A stretch of 34,677 nucleotides of DNA from NCBI RefSeq assembly GCF_004010195.1, contig NC_057749.1, positions 14,852,390 to 14,887,066 on the forward strand, in the 5' to 3' direction. The first letter of the stretch is position 1; each line of letters opens with the position of its first letter. The position numbers were made by a program, and so were the translations under genes. Positions 1-11,344 of this stretch are shown here, in pieces. Under the pieces are notes generated by a model, which saw nothing but the letters and a program-made list of their open reading frames with translations, did not search any database and was not told the DNA's origin. The DNA is from Chiloscyllium plagiosum (taxonomy: Eukaryota).

Positions 1-50
1 GGTTTTAACATTCGGTTTAAACAATTCTGTAAATGGAAATTCACCCCATA

Positions 51-122
51 GATATATATTTGTGTCTGCGTGTATGTGTGAGAGGGAGGGAGAGAGAGTG
101 TGTGTGTGTGAGGGAGGGAGAG

Positions 123-153
<31 letters not shown>

Positions 154-212
154 CTGAGTGAGAGAGAGAGTTGAGAGGGAGTTGACAGAGAGAGAGAGAG
201 AGAGAGAGAGAA
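51..212. repeat. Compound (TA)/(TG)/(GA) microsatellite
   Basis: Runs of gtgtgt, gagaga and gaggga read directly. Confidence 0.9.
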
Positions 213-434
213 AGTCTTTGTTATTTTTGGGAAGCATGGGAACATAACCTTTAAAATGAAAGGCTAGCCGTCTGTGGAAAGAAGTTGGGAAATAACACCA
301 CTGAGGGTAGTCGATGTGTGGAACTCTCCTTCAAGGTGCAGCTTGTTCAGATCATAATTTTCAATCCATTATCTATGGACTGCAATCAACTAAACACATT
401 AATGGACATGGGACAAAGATGATTCACTTAAAAT

Positions 435-830
435 CTTTCACAACTACTGGACATCTCAGAGTACTTTCCTGCCAATAAAGTATGAACTGCAGTCATTAAT
501 ATGGGAAATGAGACAATTGTGCACAGCAGGATCCCCCAAGTGTTGCCGGCCAGACAAACTGTTCTTGTGCCTACTGAGCGAGGGATAAATATTGGCTGGA
601 ACACCAGAGATAAGCCTCATACTCTTCCAAGAAATAATGCTGAGGGATTTTTTACTCCCACACGAGAGGATGGAAGGGCCCATGGGTTAATGACCCATCT
701 GAAAGATGGCCCTGTCAACTGGGCAGCATCCCCTCCTCAGTAAACTTGGTCAGCGCACCCAGATGTCTGTATGTGCCAGCCCCTGGGTGGGGTTTGAACA
801 GAGATGAGAATGCTGGTCACTTGGCCAGAC
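435..830 (-). mobile_element. Degraded Deu-domain tRNA-derived SINE (SacSINE1/AmnSINE1-like)
   Basis: Reverse complement resembles the Deu-SINE body (ttcagatgggtcattaacc...ccagccaatatttatccctc...gctgtgcacaattg) with a B-box-like gttcaaaccc. A + strand 3' tail fragment (aagggcgatatataaatgcaagttctt) follows at ~836-912. Confidence 0.65.
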
Positions 831-914
831 CAGACACCACTTCAGAAAGTACTTCTGCTTTGGGATATCCCGAAGGTGGGAAGGGCGATATATAAATGCA
901 AGTTCTTCTTTCTC

Positions 915-1025
915 TCTTTCGGCAACTCGGCCCTGAGCTCTGTAAAATTCCCTTCACAAAGTGCTCTGTCACCCTCTCCTATTTTAAGTCACTCCCTTAA
1001 AACTCACGTCTCTGAGCAAGATGGC
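915..1025 (+). mobile_element. L2-like LINE 3' fragment (further pieces at ~1385-1590)
   Basis: ggccctgagctctg...aattccc...ccttaaaactcacgtctctgagcaag, and later aaggtgctttgtaaatgcagcatgttgttgt, resemble L2 3' ends; heavily degraded. Confidence 0.45.
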
Positions 1026-1076
1026 AAAGCCTGGTTTCTCTGAAAACATACACTCTAGCCACGGTCAGCTGTACTT

Positions 1077-1365
1077 CATAGAATCCTTACAGTGTGCAAA
1101 CAGGCCATTCGGCCCATTGAGTCCACACCAACCCTCTGAAGGGCAGGCCGCCCAGACCCACCCCATCCCTGTCAGCCTGCACTTCCCATGGCCAATCCAC
1201 CTTAACCTGCCCATCTCTGAACTGTGGGAGAAAACTAGAGCAACTCCACGCAGACGTGGGGAGAATGTGCAAACTCCACACTGACAGTCGCCTGAGGGTG
1301 GAATCAAACCTGGATCCCTGGCACTGTGAGGCAGCAGTGCTAACTACTGAGCTACTGTGCCACTC
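1077..1365 (-). mobile_element. HE1-type V-SINE
   Basis: Reverse complement has a tRNA-like head (tggcacagtagctcagtagttagcactgctgcctcacag), the V-domain gtgtggagtttgcacattctcccc and the tail ggcctgtttgcacactgtaaggattctatg. Confidence 0.9.
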
Positions 1366-1445
1366 CAAACTTCCAATTTCCTACATTTTGGAATTCCCTC
1401 CTAGATCACGCGCTCTCTTTTTTCACTTAAAATATTCCACTAAAC

Positions 1446-1473
<28 letters not shown>
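1446..1473. repeat. (CT)n microsatellite
   Basis: Direct read. Confidence 0.95.
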
Positions 1474-1478
<5 letters not shown>

Positions 1479-1861
1479 AATATTAAAATCTCCTTATGTC
1501 GCTCAGTATCAAGTTTGGGCCGTTAGTTGACACTCCTTTGGACACAGAACTAGGTTGAAGGTGCTTTGTAAATGCAGCATGTTGTTGTACAGAACAGGGA
1601 GCCGACAATCCATTGATTGCAGCCAGGCTGGGCATTGCTGTTTATATTAGACTCACATTGTCCCCAGCACTTCCTTCCACATCAGTGCAGAAACAGGCCA
1701 GGTCCAAGGCCCACTGCTTCCACCATCTTGACTTCCATTGTTCCCTCATTAACTTTAACGAACAAAGGACAGACAGTGAAACACATTCACAACAGTTGAC
1801 CAACAGGGTCAATAGGTCAGGAAGTTTTCTTTGAACCTGTCATGACAGCCCAGTGGCCTCA

Positions 1862-2183
1862 GGATAGCACAGTGGCTCCGTGGTTAGCACTGCTGCCTCA
1901 CAGTACAGGGACCAGGTCTGATCCCACTCTCGGGTGACTGTCTGTTTTGTGTGGAGTTTGCACATTCTCCCTGTGTCTGCATGGGTTTCCTCTGGGTACT
2001 CCAGTTTCTTCCCACATTCCAAAGATGTGCAGGTTAGATGAATTGGCCATAGTGTCCAGGGATCTGCAGGCTAGGTTGGTTAGCCATGGGAAATGTCGGG
2101 TTACAGAGATTGGGTGGAATGCTGTTTGGAGGGTCACTTGATGGGCTGAATGGTTTCTTTCCACACTGTAGGGGTTCTATGTT
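1862..2183 (+). mobile_element. HE1-type V-SINE, full length
   Basis: gcacagtggctccgtggttagcactgctgcctcacag...gtggagtttgcacattctccc...ccacactgtaggggttctatg. Confidence 0.92.
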
Positions 2184-2338
2184 TCGAGGCAAGAAAATTC
2201 TTTCTCTTGCAGTGAGGGTTTGGGATGTGTATTGGAGCAGCTTGACTGAGGTCAATCGAGAGAGTATAGACTGGGTATTTAAATAGAAACCAATGCAGAG
2301 TTAGAAGGTAGAGGGAAGGAAGATGGCGATAAGTTTTT

Positions 2339-2576
2339 ATTAGATTAGATTCCCTACAGTGTGGAAACAGGCCCTTCAGCCCAACAACTCCACACCGACC
2401 CTCCAAAGAGTAACCCACCCAGACCCATTTCCCTCTGACTAAAGCACCTAACACTATGGGCAATTTAGCATGGCCAATTCACCTGACCTGCACTTCTTTG
2501 GACAGTGGGAGGAAACCGGAGCACCCAGAGGAAACCCACGCAGACACGGGGAGAATGTGCAAACTCCACACAGGCA
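2339..2576 (-). mobile_element. HE1-type V-SINE, 5'-truncated, inserted in a degraded CR1 tail
   Basis: tagattagattccctacagtgtggaaacaggccc...gagaatgtgcaaactccacacag. Confidence 0.92.
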
Positions 2577-2644
2577 TGTGATGTGGAGAGCTGGTCCAGA
2601 TACGATGGGCTGAATGACCTCCCACACAATGACACTTCTGTGGA

Positions 2645-3065
2645 TTTCTGATACCCAGATATGAGGGGTTGTCTTCTGCAAAGAGATTGAACAGTTTAGG
2701 GCTATACTCTCTGGGGTTTGGAAGAGTGAGGGGAGATTTAGTTGAGATCTATAAAATGCTAAGGAGAATCGACAAAGGAGACACAGAGAGGATGTTACTT
2801 CATAGAGAATGGGGCAGTGTAGAACAAGAAGTCATAGTTCGAAGATAAAACAGAGATGAGGCTTACTCTCTCACAAGGTCATGGATCTGTAGATTTCACT
2901 GACCACCCCCCCACCCCCCCCGAGTGTGGTGGATGTCAGGACAAGGAGTAAATTTAAGGAGGAGTTAGACAGATATTGAATTAGTAACGGAGTGAAGGGT
3001 TATGGAGAGGAGGCAGGAGAGTGGAGTTGAGGCTGAGATTGAGAGGCAGAGGTACAAGGTGTTAA
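2645..3065 (+). mobile_element. Degraded CR1 LINE 3' fragment
   Basis: Remnant of the 'RLRGDLIEVYK' region (gtgaggggagatttagttgagatctataaaatg) and a CR1 3' UTR (aagggttatggagaggaggcaggagagtggagttgagg). Confidence 0.75.
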
Positions 3066-3067
3066 AT

Positions 3068-3245
3068 GAGGCAAAAGTCAGGTCAGCAGATGCTGGAACC
3101 CAGAGTCTAGATCAGAGTGGTGCTGGAAAAGCACAGCAGGGCAGGTAGCATCCATGGAGCAGGAAAATCGACGTTTCGGGCAAAAGCCTTTCATCAGGAT
3201 GCTGCCTGACCTGCTGTGCTTTTCCAGTACAACTCTGATCTAAAC
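3068..3245. mobile_element. Penelope-derived fold-back mini-element with minus-strand hammerhead core
   Basis: Inverted arms tagatcagagtggtgctggaaaagcacagcag / ctgctgtgcttttccagtacaactctgatcta. Minus strand at 3166-3199 reads CUGAUGA-aaggc-uuuu-gccc-GAAACGUC. Flanked by acaaggtgtt(a/g)aat at 3054-3067 and 3246-3259. Confidence 0.8.
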
Positions 3246-4202
3246 ACAAGGTGTTGAATTACCTCCTGCTTCTCGATCTTATCCCCAACCATCAGTATTT
3301 TCAACAGAAAGGAACATTCCTTACTGTGAGTAGGCGAGGCTGAGTTCAGGTTTGGTTCTGAGTCATCTGTCATCCCAAGGCCAAAACTGACAATATTCTG
3401 ACTGCTGTACACTGTCTGAAACCGCGCACGAGTTAATTTATGTCTCACTGGGAAACCTGAAGGGCCAAGCCAATACAACAGGACAAAAAGATTGAGGCAT
3501 GAAAGAATGAAGTCAAAATTAATCAGCCACTATTGACCACAGCAGATCGACAAGTTTATTCTTAGACTACAGCAGTGCTCAGGGCACCTTCTCAGCAATT
3601 GTTGAGACTGAAAGAGGCTGTAGCCTGAGAGAGAGGCTGCCTGGTTCTCTCTCTGCTCCATTAGGGACGGATTCACCGATATGTAAAGGTTGTCAAAACC
3701 AATATCTCCACTCGAGGATGGGCTGCCCCCGCAAGCCACACGTTTTGCAAAAAGAAAAACAAAGTTGCTTTACAAGGCTGTGTGTGAATTTTCACTGACT
3801 ATAACCATGAGGCAGGACCTCAGGGAAAACCCTGATTATAGTCCGGTGGATTATTATTTTTGTGATCGGATAGCTAATTGAAAATATCTTTCCACGGGCA
3901 GGAAGGTCAGTATCTGAGGGACACAGAGTGAAAAACGTCATGTCCCTTCAAACAGATCCCAACATTCCTACCTCCTTTCTCACTCAATCCCTTCATTGAG
4001 CCATTTACAGTCAGGGGACGAGACAGTACGAGAACAGGCCCTTCTGCCTGTCAGGTCCACAGGAGCCGCAGTCCTCCCCCTCCTTGTTCCCCATCACCTG
4101 GCAAATTCTTCCTTTTCCAGTATTCTTCTAATAATGAATGTTACTCTGGAATTGCTTCCAGAAAGTTACTGGGGAACACAGCTCACCAGATCCTCCTTCT
4201 CT

Positions 4203-4270
4203 CCCTCCCCCTCTCCCCTTCTTTCCTCTCCCTCTCCCCTTCTTTCGTCTCCCTCTCCCCTCCTTTCGTC
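4203..4270. repeat. 21-bp pyrimidine-rich tandem repeat running into the assembly gap
   Basis: About 3 copies of ctccctctccccttctttcgt; translates as SPSPLLS repeats. Confidence 0.8.
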
Positions 4271-4289
4271 NNNNNNNNNNNNNNNNNNN
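4271..4289. other. Assembly gap (19 N)
   Basis: Direct read. Confidence 1.
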
Positions 4290-4430
4290 GACAGAGCAGC
4301 CTATGGTTCTCTGGGTGAATGGTGTCTCGCACTCTGTGTCTGTCAGTGACTGACCTTGCTGCCAGGTGGAAATATATTTCCAAAGCCCTTCCTGATTTTT
4401 ACATCCCATCAGCTATCTCTTCTCAAAAGA

Positions 4431-4767
4431 GTTAAACATCACACAGCACCAGTTTGTGGTCCTACAGATTTATTTGAAAACACAAGCTTTTGGAGCGCTG
4501 CTCCTTTGTCAGGTAGCTAGTGGGGCAGGATCATAGGACACAGGAATTTATAGTAAATTAAAGTTTGGTGCTGTGTGATTTTTAACTTGTCCACCCCAGT
4601 TCAACACTGGCACCTGCACATCATCTCTCAGAGGAGGTCAGTTCCTCCTGATGAAGGAGCAGCGCTCTGAAAGCTAGTGCTTCCAATTAAACCTGTTGGT
4701 CTATAACTTGGTGTTGTGTGATTTTTTAACTTGGTCCACCCCAGTCCAACACCAGCACCTGCACATC
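4431..4767. mobile_element. Two adjacent Penelope pseudo-LTR fragments (second family)
   Basis: ctgatgaaggagcagcgctctgaaagctagtgcttccaattaaacctgttgg...ccaccccagtccaacacc on +, with an inverted copy at 4431-4525; host sequence is repeated between the fragments. Confidence 0.7.
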
Positions 4768-4817
4768 ATCTCTCCTCAAAGGAGGTCAGTCCCAGCCTCA
4801 ATGTCCATTCTTTTGTA

Positions 4818-5192
4818 ATTCATTCACAGGAAGTGGGCTAGGCCAGCATTTATTGCCCGTCTCTAATTGCCCAGAGGGGCAGTGAAGCGTCAACCGCATT
4901 GCTGTGGGTTTGGAGTCACATGTAGGTCAGATCAGGTAAGTGCCTTCCCTAAAGCACGTTAGTGAACCAGATGGGTGTTGTGGCAGGATTTGAGCCCAGG
5001 TCCCCAGAACATGAATAGGAAGGGTATGGAGGGATATGGGCTGAATGCTGGCAAATGGGACTTGATTAATGTGGGTTGGCATGAATGAGTTGGACTTCAG
5101 GGTCAGTTTTTGTGCAGTACATCTCTACGACTCTACCTGTGACTAATGTGACCAGGCGTCTCTCTGTGATAGCACCCGAGGCCATCGCTTCC
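4818..5192 (-). mobile_element. tRNA-derived SINE (family 'B'), interrupted by a + strand CR1 tail at ~5008-5135
   Basis: attcattcacagg...gccagcatttattgccc...ggagtcacatgtagg...cccaggtccccagaac; same family as 30831-31165. Confidence 0.75.
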
Positions 5193-5894
5193 TCTTTGAT
5201 GCCACCCTTTTGGGTTTATTGTATTTCAAACCCCTCACTAACCTCCCTCCCCAATGAGCCAACACTTCCCTTTTCACCCTGACTAACTCATTTCTCTCTG
5301 TCGGAGATCTTCCTGCACCACCAACAATTTATCTGGCTCTGATTTGTCAGCTTTCCTTCGACAGTCTCCCAAAGTGCTTGCTGAATCGAGTCAAAGTCTC
5401 GCTAAACAAAACAAAGTTGACTTCCTTAAGCTTCCTCTCACAAACCGCGGGTGAGCCAATGTCCCAGGATTATGGTTGTTGCTTTGCTCCAGGGTTTGGA
5501 CATCCTGCCTGTGATCAGCTGAGAGCACAGCTTTCAAAGGCTTTTTGTCATGCGGTTTGGAAACCTATGAAGTCAACTTCTCATTAAAAGCTGTGGTGTG
5601 GTTTTATGTTGAAAATGTGGGGTTTTCTTTTGAGGAGTGAAGATGAATAGAAGCAGCTCTGGACAGTTGCCATGAGTTAATGGATCTTAATAGAAAGTGT
5701 ACTGGGTGTTATGGTTCAGTTCTCACTGTCAGCTCCTCCAGCAAGTGTAGAACCTTCAACAGAACAAAGTGGCTTTACTTCGGCAGCAAACAGGAAGAAT
5801 GAAACTGGCACTGAGTCATCAGTTACACAGAATGACTCCTAGATAGCAGAGAGTGGAGACAATAGTCTGTCTGCTACTGCTGTCATCTTTTTTA

Positions 5895-6358
5895 TTATTC
5901 ATTCACCAAATGAGTGCATCACTGGCTGGGCCAACATTTATTGCCCATCTGGGGGTAGTTAAGAGTCAGCCACATTGCTGTGAGTCTAGAGTCACACCTA
6001 GGCCAGACCAGGTAAGGATGGCGGTTTCCATCCCTGAGTGAACCAGATGGGCTTTTCCGACAATCGGCAATGTTTTCATGGTCATCATCAGACTCTTAAT
6101 TCCAGATTTGTGTTGAATTTAAATTCTCCCGTCTGCTGCAGACAGATTCGAATCCAGGTCCTCAGAACAATACCTGGGCCTCTGGTTCCTGATGAAGGGC
6201 TTTTGCCCGAAACGTCGACTCTCCTGCTCCTCTGATGCTGCCTGACCTGCTGTGCTTTTCCAGCATCTGGATCAGTGGTGCTGGAAGAGCACAGCAATTC
6301 AGGCCACACTCTGGATTAACAGTCCAGTTAGTTTATGCCACCAGGTCATCATCTCCCC
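5895..6358 (-). mobile_element. tRNA-derived SINE (family 'B') interrupted by a Penelope mini-element
   Basis: Reverse complement of the 30831-31165 element; breaks at ctctgg (6180-6185) and resumes at ctctggattaacagtccag (~6309). Confidence 0.8.
6186..6308 (+). mobile_element. Penelope-derived mini-element with intact minimal hammerhead core
   Basis: CTGATGA (6189-6195)-a-gggc-tttt-gccc-GAAAC-GTC (to 6216), followed by a partial inverted arm; ctctgg is duplicated on both sides. Confidence 0.8.
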
Positions 6359-6360
6359 TA

Positions 6361-6478
6361 TCTGTGGAGAGAAAGCAGGGTTAACAATTCAGATCCAGTG
6401 ACCCTTCTTCAGAACTGACCTGCTGGGTTTCTCCAGTAAATGTTTATAATTTCCAGCAACTACAATTCTTTGCGTTTC
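6361..6478. mobile_element. Degraded Penelope-derived fold-back fragment (third family)
   Basis: tctgtggagagaaagcagggttaac...gtgacccttcttcagaac...gacctgctgggtttctccag; same family as 22393-22577. Confidence 0.55.
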
Positions 6479-6544
6479 CTTTGGAGAATGGACAGACCCA
6501 ATGGCATCCCTTATCTCTTGCTAGCTATGGACAGGAGAAAAGGC

Positions 6545-7692
6545 AAGGTTAAAGGATATTGACTGACAGTGAAAAAGGTTTTCGAAAATTACAAAGGGAT
6601 CTTGATCAAATAGGTCAATGGGCTGAAAAATGGCAGGTGGAGTTCAGTCTGACTAAATGCGAGGTATTGTATTTTGATACAACAAACAATGGTAGATTAG
6701 ATTCCCGACAGTGCGGAAACAGGCCCTTCGGCCCAACTAGTCCACCCGAAGAGCAACCCACCCTGACCCATCTCCCTCTGACTAATGCACCTAACACTAC
6801 GGGCAATTTAGCATGGCCAATTCACCTGACCTGCACATCTTTGGATTGCGGGAGGAAACCGGAGCACCCGGAGAAAACCCATGCAAACTCCACACAGGCA
6901 GTCGCCTGAGGCTGGAATTGAACCTGGGACCCTGGTGCTGTGAGACAGCAGTGCTAACCACTGAGCTACCGTGCCGCCCTAGGGTTTACGGAATTAATGG
7001 TAGGGCCCTCAGGGCTCAGGTACATAATTCTTTGAAGTTTGTGTCACATTGGACAGGGTGGTTAAAAAGGCATTTGGCATGCTTGCCTTCACTGCTTGGT
7101 CCTTGGAGTGTAGGAATTGGGACGCTATGTTAAGGTTGTACAGGACATTGGTCAGGCCTCTTTTGGAATACTGTGTCCAGTTCTGGTCACCCATTTATAG
7201 GAAGGATATTATTAAGCTGGAGTGGGTTCAGAAGAGATTTACCAGGATGGTGCCAGGTATGGAAGGTTTCAGTTACAAAAAAAGACTGGATGGGATGGGA
7301 CTTTCTTTCATTGGAGTGTAGGAGGTTGAGAGGTGACCTTATAGAAGTTTATAAAATAATGAGGGGTATAGATAGGTGTCTTCTCCCTAAGATGGGGGAT
7401 TTCAAGACTAGGGGCATGTTTTTAAGATGAGAGAAGAGAGATCTAAAAAAGACATAAGGGCAAATGTTTTACACAGGGTGGTTCGTGTACGGAATGAGCT
7501 TCCTGAGGAAGTGGTGGATATGGTACAATTACAATGTTTAAAAGACACTTGGAAAAGTACATGAATAGGAAAGGTTTGGAGGGATATCGGCCAGGAGCAG
7601 GCAGGTGGGACTAGTTTAGTTTGGGATTAGGGTCAGCATGGACTGGTTGGACCGAAGGGTCTGTTTCTGTGCTGCTGTATGACTCTATGACC
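6545..7692 (+). mobile_element. CR1 (HER1-like) LINE, 5'-truncated, frameshifted ORF2 remnant
   Basis: ORF pieces LQRDLDQIGQWAEKWQVEF..KCEVLYF, LYRTLVRPLLEYCVQFWSP..KDIIKLEWVQKRFTRM and RRLRGDLIEVYKIMRG; ends in the ctgtatgactctatgac tail. Confidence 0.95.
6693..6979 (-). mobile_element. HE1-type V-SINE nested in the CR1
   Basis: tagattagattccc...ctgagctaccgtgccgccc interrupts the CR1 reading frame. Confidence 0.93.
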
Positions 7693-8274
7693 CTGCACTG
7701 ACTCTCTGATTGAGCTCTCTAATTTATCCCAGTCTCTGTGCGCTTTCCCTCTGCAAATCTCCGGAGGCAGAGAGATCCAGGCTGTTCACTGCCCTCCAGA
7801 TAATAATGTGCTTCCCAACTTCACTTGTGAATGAGCCCCTCTCTAATTTTAAGATTCTTTGCCCTTGTCATTCACACACTTTCTATTATCTCAGGACTTT
7901 GCTCTTCACTTAGCGTCTCCTTCTCTGTGTCTTTGAAAATGTTATCATCTTCACTGGCCCATGAAAGATGCACAGAAAGATCCCTATTGTCAACTGAAGA
8001 TTATAATTCTGTTGTCGCCATAATGTTAAGACTGTCTGGGGCAGAGAATCCCATCTTCCATGTGAAGGGTTTTCCTATTTCAACCATTACAAGCCTTTGC
8101 TATTTACTGCTTTTGAAGAGAGCTGCAGGTCATCGCCTACTCCCCCACCCACCCACCCTCCCTCCATTTTCTCACTTTTCCCACTGGCATTGTCGCTTCT
8201 CTATTCCTATACATTCTCTCTGTCTCTCCAATGTTCCCCATTGTCGGTTTACCTCTGCATTTCTGACAGACAAG

Positions 8275-8712
8275 CGGCATCATCACTTTAAGATGAAAGG
8301 CAGGAGGTTTCTAGAGGATTTGAGAGAAAATTTTCTCACCCAGAAGGATGTTCAGGTCTGGAATGGAATGCTTGAGAGGGCAGTAGAGGTGAGAAACCTC
8401 ATAATCTTTAAAAGGTACTTGGATGAGCCGCTTGAAATAGCATAATGATAAAGACAGTGAGAAAGTGGGCCTCATATAGAATTAGAAAGTAGTTCTTGTC
8501 TTCACTTGATGGGCTGAAGGGCCTCTTCTGATTAGGTGGATTGACAGTGCTGAATTGCTCAAGGTGTCCAGAGATGTGCAGGTTAGGTGGGCTAGTCATG
8601 GGAGATGCAGGATCATGGGCTGGGGTGGTCTGGGGGTGGCTGCGATCAGGGGTTGGTGTGGACTTGATGGGCTGAATGGCCTGCTTCCACACTGTAGGCA
8701 TTTTATGATTCT
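8275..8712 (+). mobile_element. Degraded CR1 3' fragment followed by an HE1 3' half (from ~8531)
   Basis: Translates as KGRRFLEDLRENFLTQ..VQVWN..FKRYLD, then gatgtgcaggttaggtgg...ccacactgtaggcattttatgattc. Confidence 0.75.
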
Positions 8713-9577
8713 GTCCTGCATCGTCCCATGAGTTAGTTTTGTCCCATCTGTCATTCTGCTTATAGCTCAGTCACTCTGTCCACTGTCATGATGTTTTCCA
8801 GCCTCTGCCTTCATTCCCGTCCCCTCCCATAACCTTTGTATGTCAATAAAAAGTGTCACTTGACATTTGAACCCTTTGAGAGTCAGCTATGGGGGGGGGA
8901 TTGGGGTGGGGGTGGAGTGTGTGTATCTGTGTTCGGAGCAGGGACAACCTTTCGTTGACTCTTTAGGGAAACGTTATTGGAACTAAAATGACTTGCCACG
9001 TGCTGAACTCCTGCAGCACACTTCAAACCTGTCACCTCCTGAGCCAGAGATCAGTGCACTACCAAAGGAGCCAAACTAACAACTATTGATCACTGTCAAT
9101 TAAAAGCAACAATTGTATCAGGAGTGTGGAGGATATTGGGTTTCCATTGATTGTGTTTGAAGTGTTACAGTCTGTTTATAGATCAGATAACATAAACTGG
9201 GTCCTGCAGGAGCTTTGAATCATTGTACTTGTGGCCAATTATCAGTCAATATGTTGTTGAATGTTATTGTGTAGTCTCGTTCTCCTGGATGGCTCCTTCC
9301 ACCTTTCCCATCCCCCTTCTCTCCTGGAGATAACTCTCACTGAGGTACTGGTTAAAAAGTGCCCTCATCCACCATGTTGTTTACCACGGACGAGGGGGGT
9401 GGCTCTGCGCTGATAAGGTTCTTGCACCTCTGTCGAATCCCCCTACCGCCGGAGGGATGATCAAATGTAATCAGTCACGACCATTTAACTTTCTCCCCCC
9501 CCCCCCCCCCCGACCGAAATTCACTGTGACCTGAGTGTCTACTCAGTCACGCTCAGCTAAAGTGGCATCTGTGCGGT

Positions 9578-9810
9578 GATCAGCCAATGAAGAGTGAAAA
9601 TCGGGAGGGAGGAGTGTCTGTGATCAGCCAATCAGGGGGAGGGGGGAGAGAGAGAGAGAGAGCAACAATCGGAAAGCCAGTGATCAGCCAATGGCACAAG
9701 GCCAGAAGGAAATGGGGGTCCAGCATTCAGCCAATGGCATTAGGCCAGAGCAAATTGGGGGCCAACAATCGTCCAATGGCATGAGACCAGAGAGAATTTG
9801 GGGCCAGTGA
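9578..9810 (+). promoter_or_regulatory. Cluster of five CCAAT (NF-Y-type) boxes in a degenerate ~43-bp tandem repeat
   Basis: CCAAT at 9584, 9628, 9688, 9731 and 9773; four in cagccaat(g/c) context. Function unproven. Confidence 0.45.
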
Positions 9811-11344
9811 TTGTTGAGAATCTTGTCCCACTATCGTCACTGTTACATCAAGCAGAGATGTCACAGTAGTGTCCCTACCTCTGAGCCAGAAGAGCTGGAT
9901 CCAAGTCCCACCTATTCCGGAGGTGTGACATAACATTGTCTGAGCAGGTTGATGAAAAATATTCACAGGCCATTCAGTCCATTTAACCTGTTGAGTGTTT
10001 CTGATCTTCCCTCCATACCCTGCTGTTCCTTTTTCCTTCCCCTCGGACATGTCTTTGTCATTCGTTGCGACTGTTTCACGTGGGACAGAGTTCCGCGTTC
10101 CCACCACAATTCTCCTGAATTCCCTATGGGGTGGACCGCGACAACCTGCCCAGGCCACGAGTAGTAGTCGAGGCTGTGGGCAGTTGAGAGTTTTGAGAAT
10201 GCTGGATCTGTGTTCAAGGAGGCTGTTGAGGGAGCGCACATCAGCTGTGATCTCATTGAACTGATAGATCAGGCTTGAGGGCTGAATGGCCTCCTGTTTG
10301 CATGTACAGGTTTCACAAGCTGGCTTTAAAAAGAGACCCCTCACTGAGGAAATCCACCATATTCATGATGTTTAACCATGAGCTTTCAACAAGATGATGC
10401 CTTGACAAATTAATTAGTCTCTTTGTGTGGGTGAGAAAGCATTTTATTGATACAATGATAGCAGGCTGCTTGGGGAGGCTTCCCAGGTCTTTAAGAAGCA
10501 ACAGTTACTCCTATTTATCAAAGTAATTCATTAGGATAATGTGGCACTGAGGAGGATCTGTCTAACAGAACCCACGTGAATATTCACTGACACACACAAG
10601 CAGGTCAAACATGGGATGCTGTTACTGGTTTTGTGAGGTGGGGAAATGCTGTTCAGATCCTGTGCTGGTCAGGAGGTTCGGGGGGGGCTGGAGGTGAGCG
10701 GGTATTATTGAGGGTGTTACCATGCGCATTTTTAACCTGCCGTCTGTCACAGGCCTCAAGAAATAAGTTGTCAGGGATGCTCCCAGTGCTGCCATTTATT
10801 TTATTCTTGGCTATTGTGCAGATCTTGGAGTGGTCGTCTGCGCTTGGAATTGTGAGGTAAAGGGACTGTGTATTGACAGTATCCGTATCTCTGAGGGAGG
10901 GCCCCCCGGGATCAAGTCCTAGCTGCTCCAGACCAGTGTAGAAACATCCCTGAACAGGATGATGAGAAAATATCTCAAGGTGAATGACTGAATGTCCAAC
11001 CACTACATTACTCCTCATTCATACTCTGAGCAATCAGTTAGTCTCATGTGTTTGAGACTGTCGGCGTGTGCAGTCCCTATGGAAACGGCTTTGCTCTCTA
11101 ACCTAAAAGTTGTAGGTTCAATCCCTGGTTTGATTTTCCCCTTCTAAAGCCGTATATGTGCCACTTACATCTACAATGGACTGCTGAACCTTAATCATTC
11201 TGTAATGGCTATGTGCAAAATGGTCTGTTAAACATTAAGGGCTCTTGTGATGCAATGGTAGTGTCCCTGCCTCTGAGCCAGGTTCAACTCCCATCTACTT
11301 CTGAGGGGTTACCCGTACATCTCTGAACAGTGTGTTATGATGCG

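Noticed and set aside
1862..1935. tRNA genes at SINE 5' ends (also 18858, 30831)
   Set aside because: A/B boxes continue directly into SINE bodies; these are tRNA-derived heads, not tRNA genes.
6545..7692. Functional reverse transcriptase gene
   Set aside because: 5'-truncated, frameshifted and interrupted by HE1; a dead CR1 copy.
7831..8445. 204-aa ORF
   Set aside because: The N-terminal part resembles no protein I recognise, the C-terminal part is decayed CR1, and there is no supporting splice structure.
9727..10344. 205-aa minus-strand ORF
   Set aside because: It crosses SINE and CR1 fragments and the CCAAT repeat; no recognisable domain.
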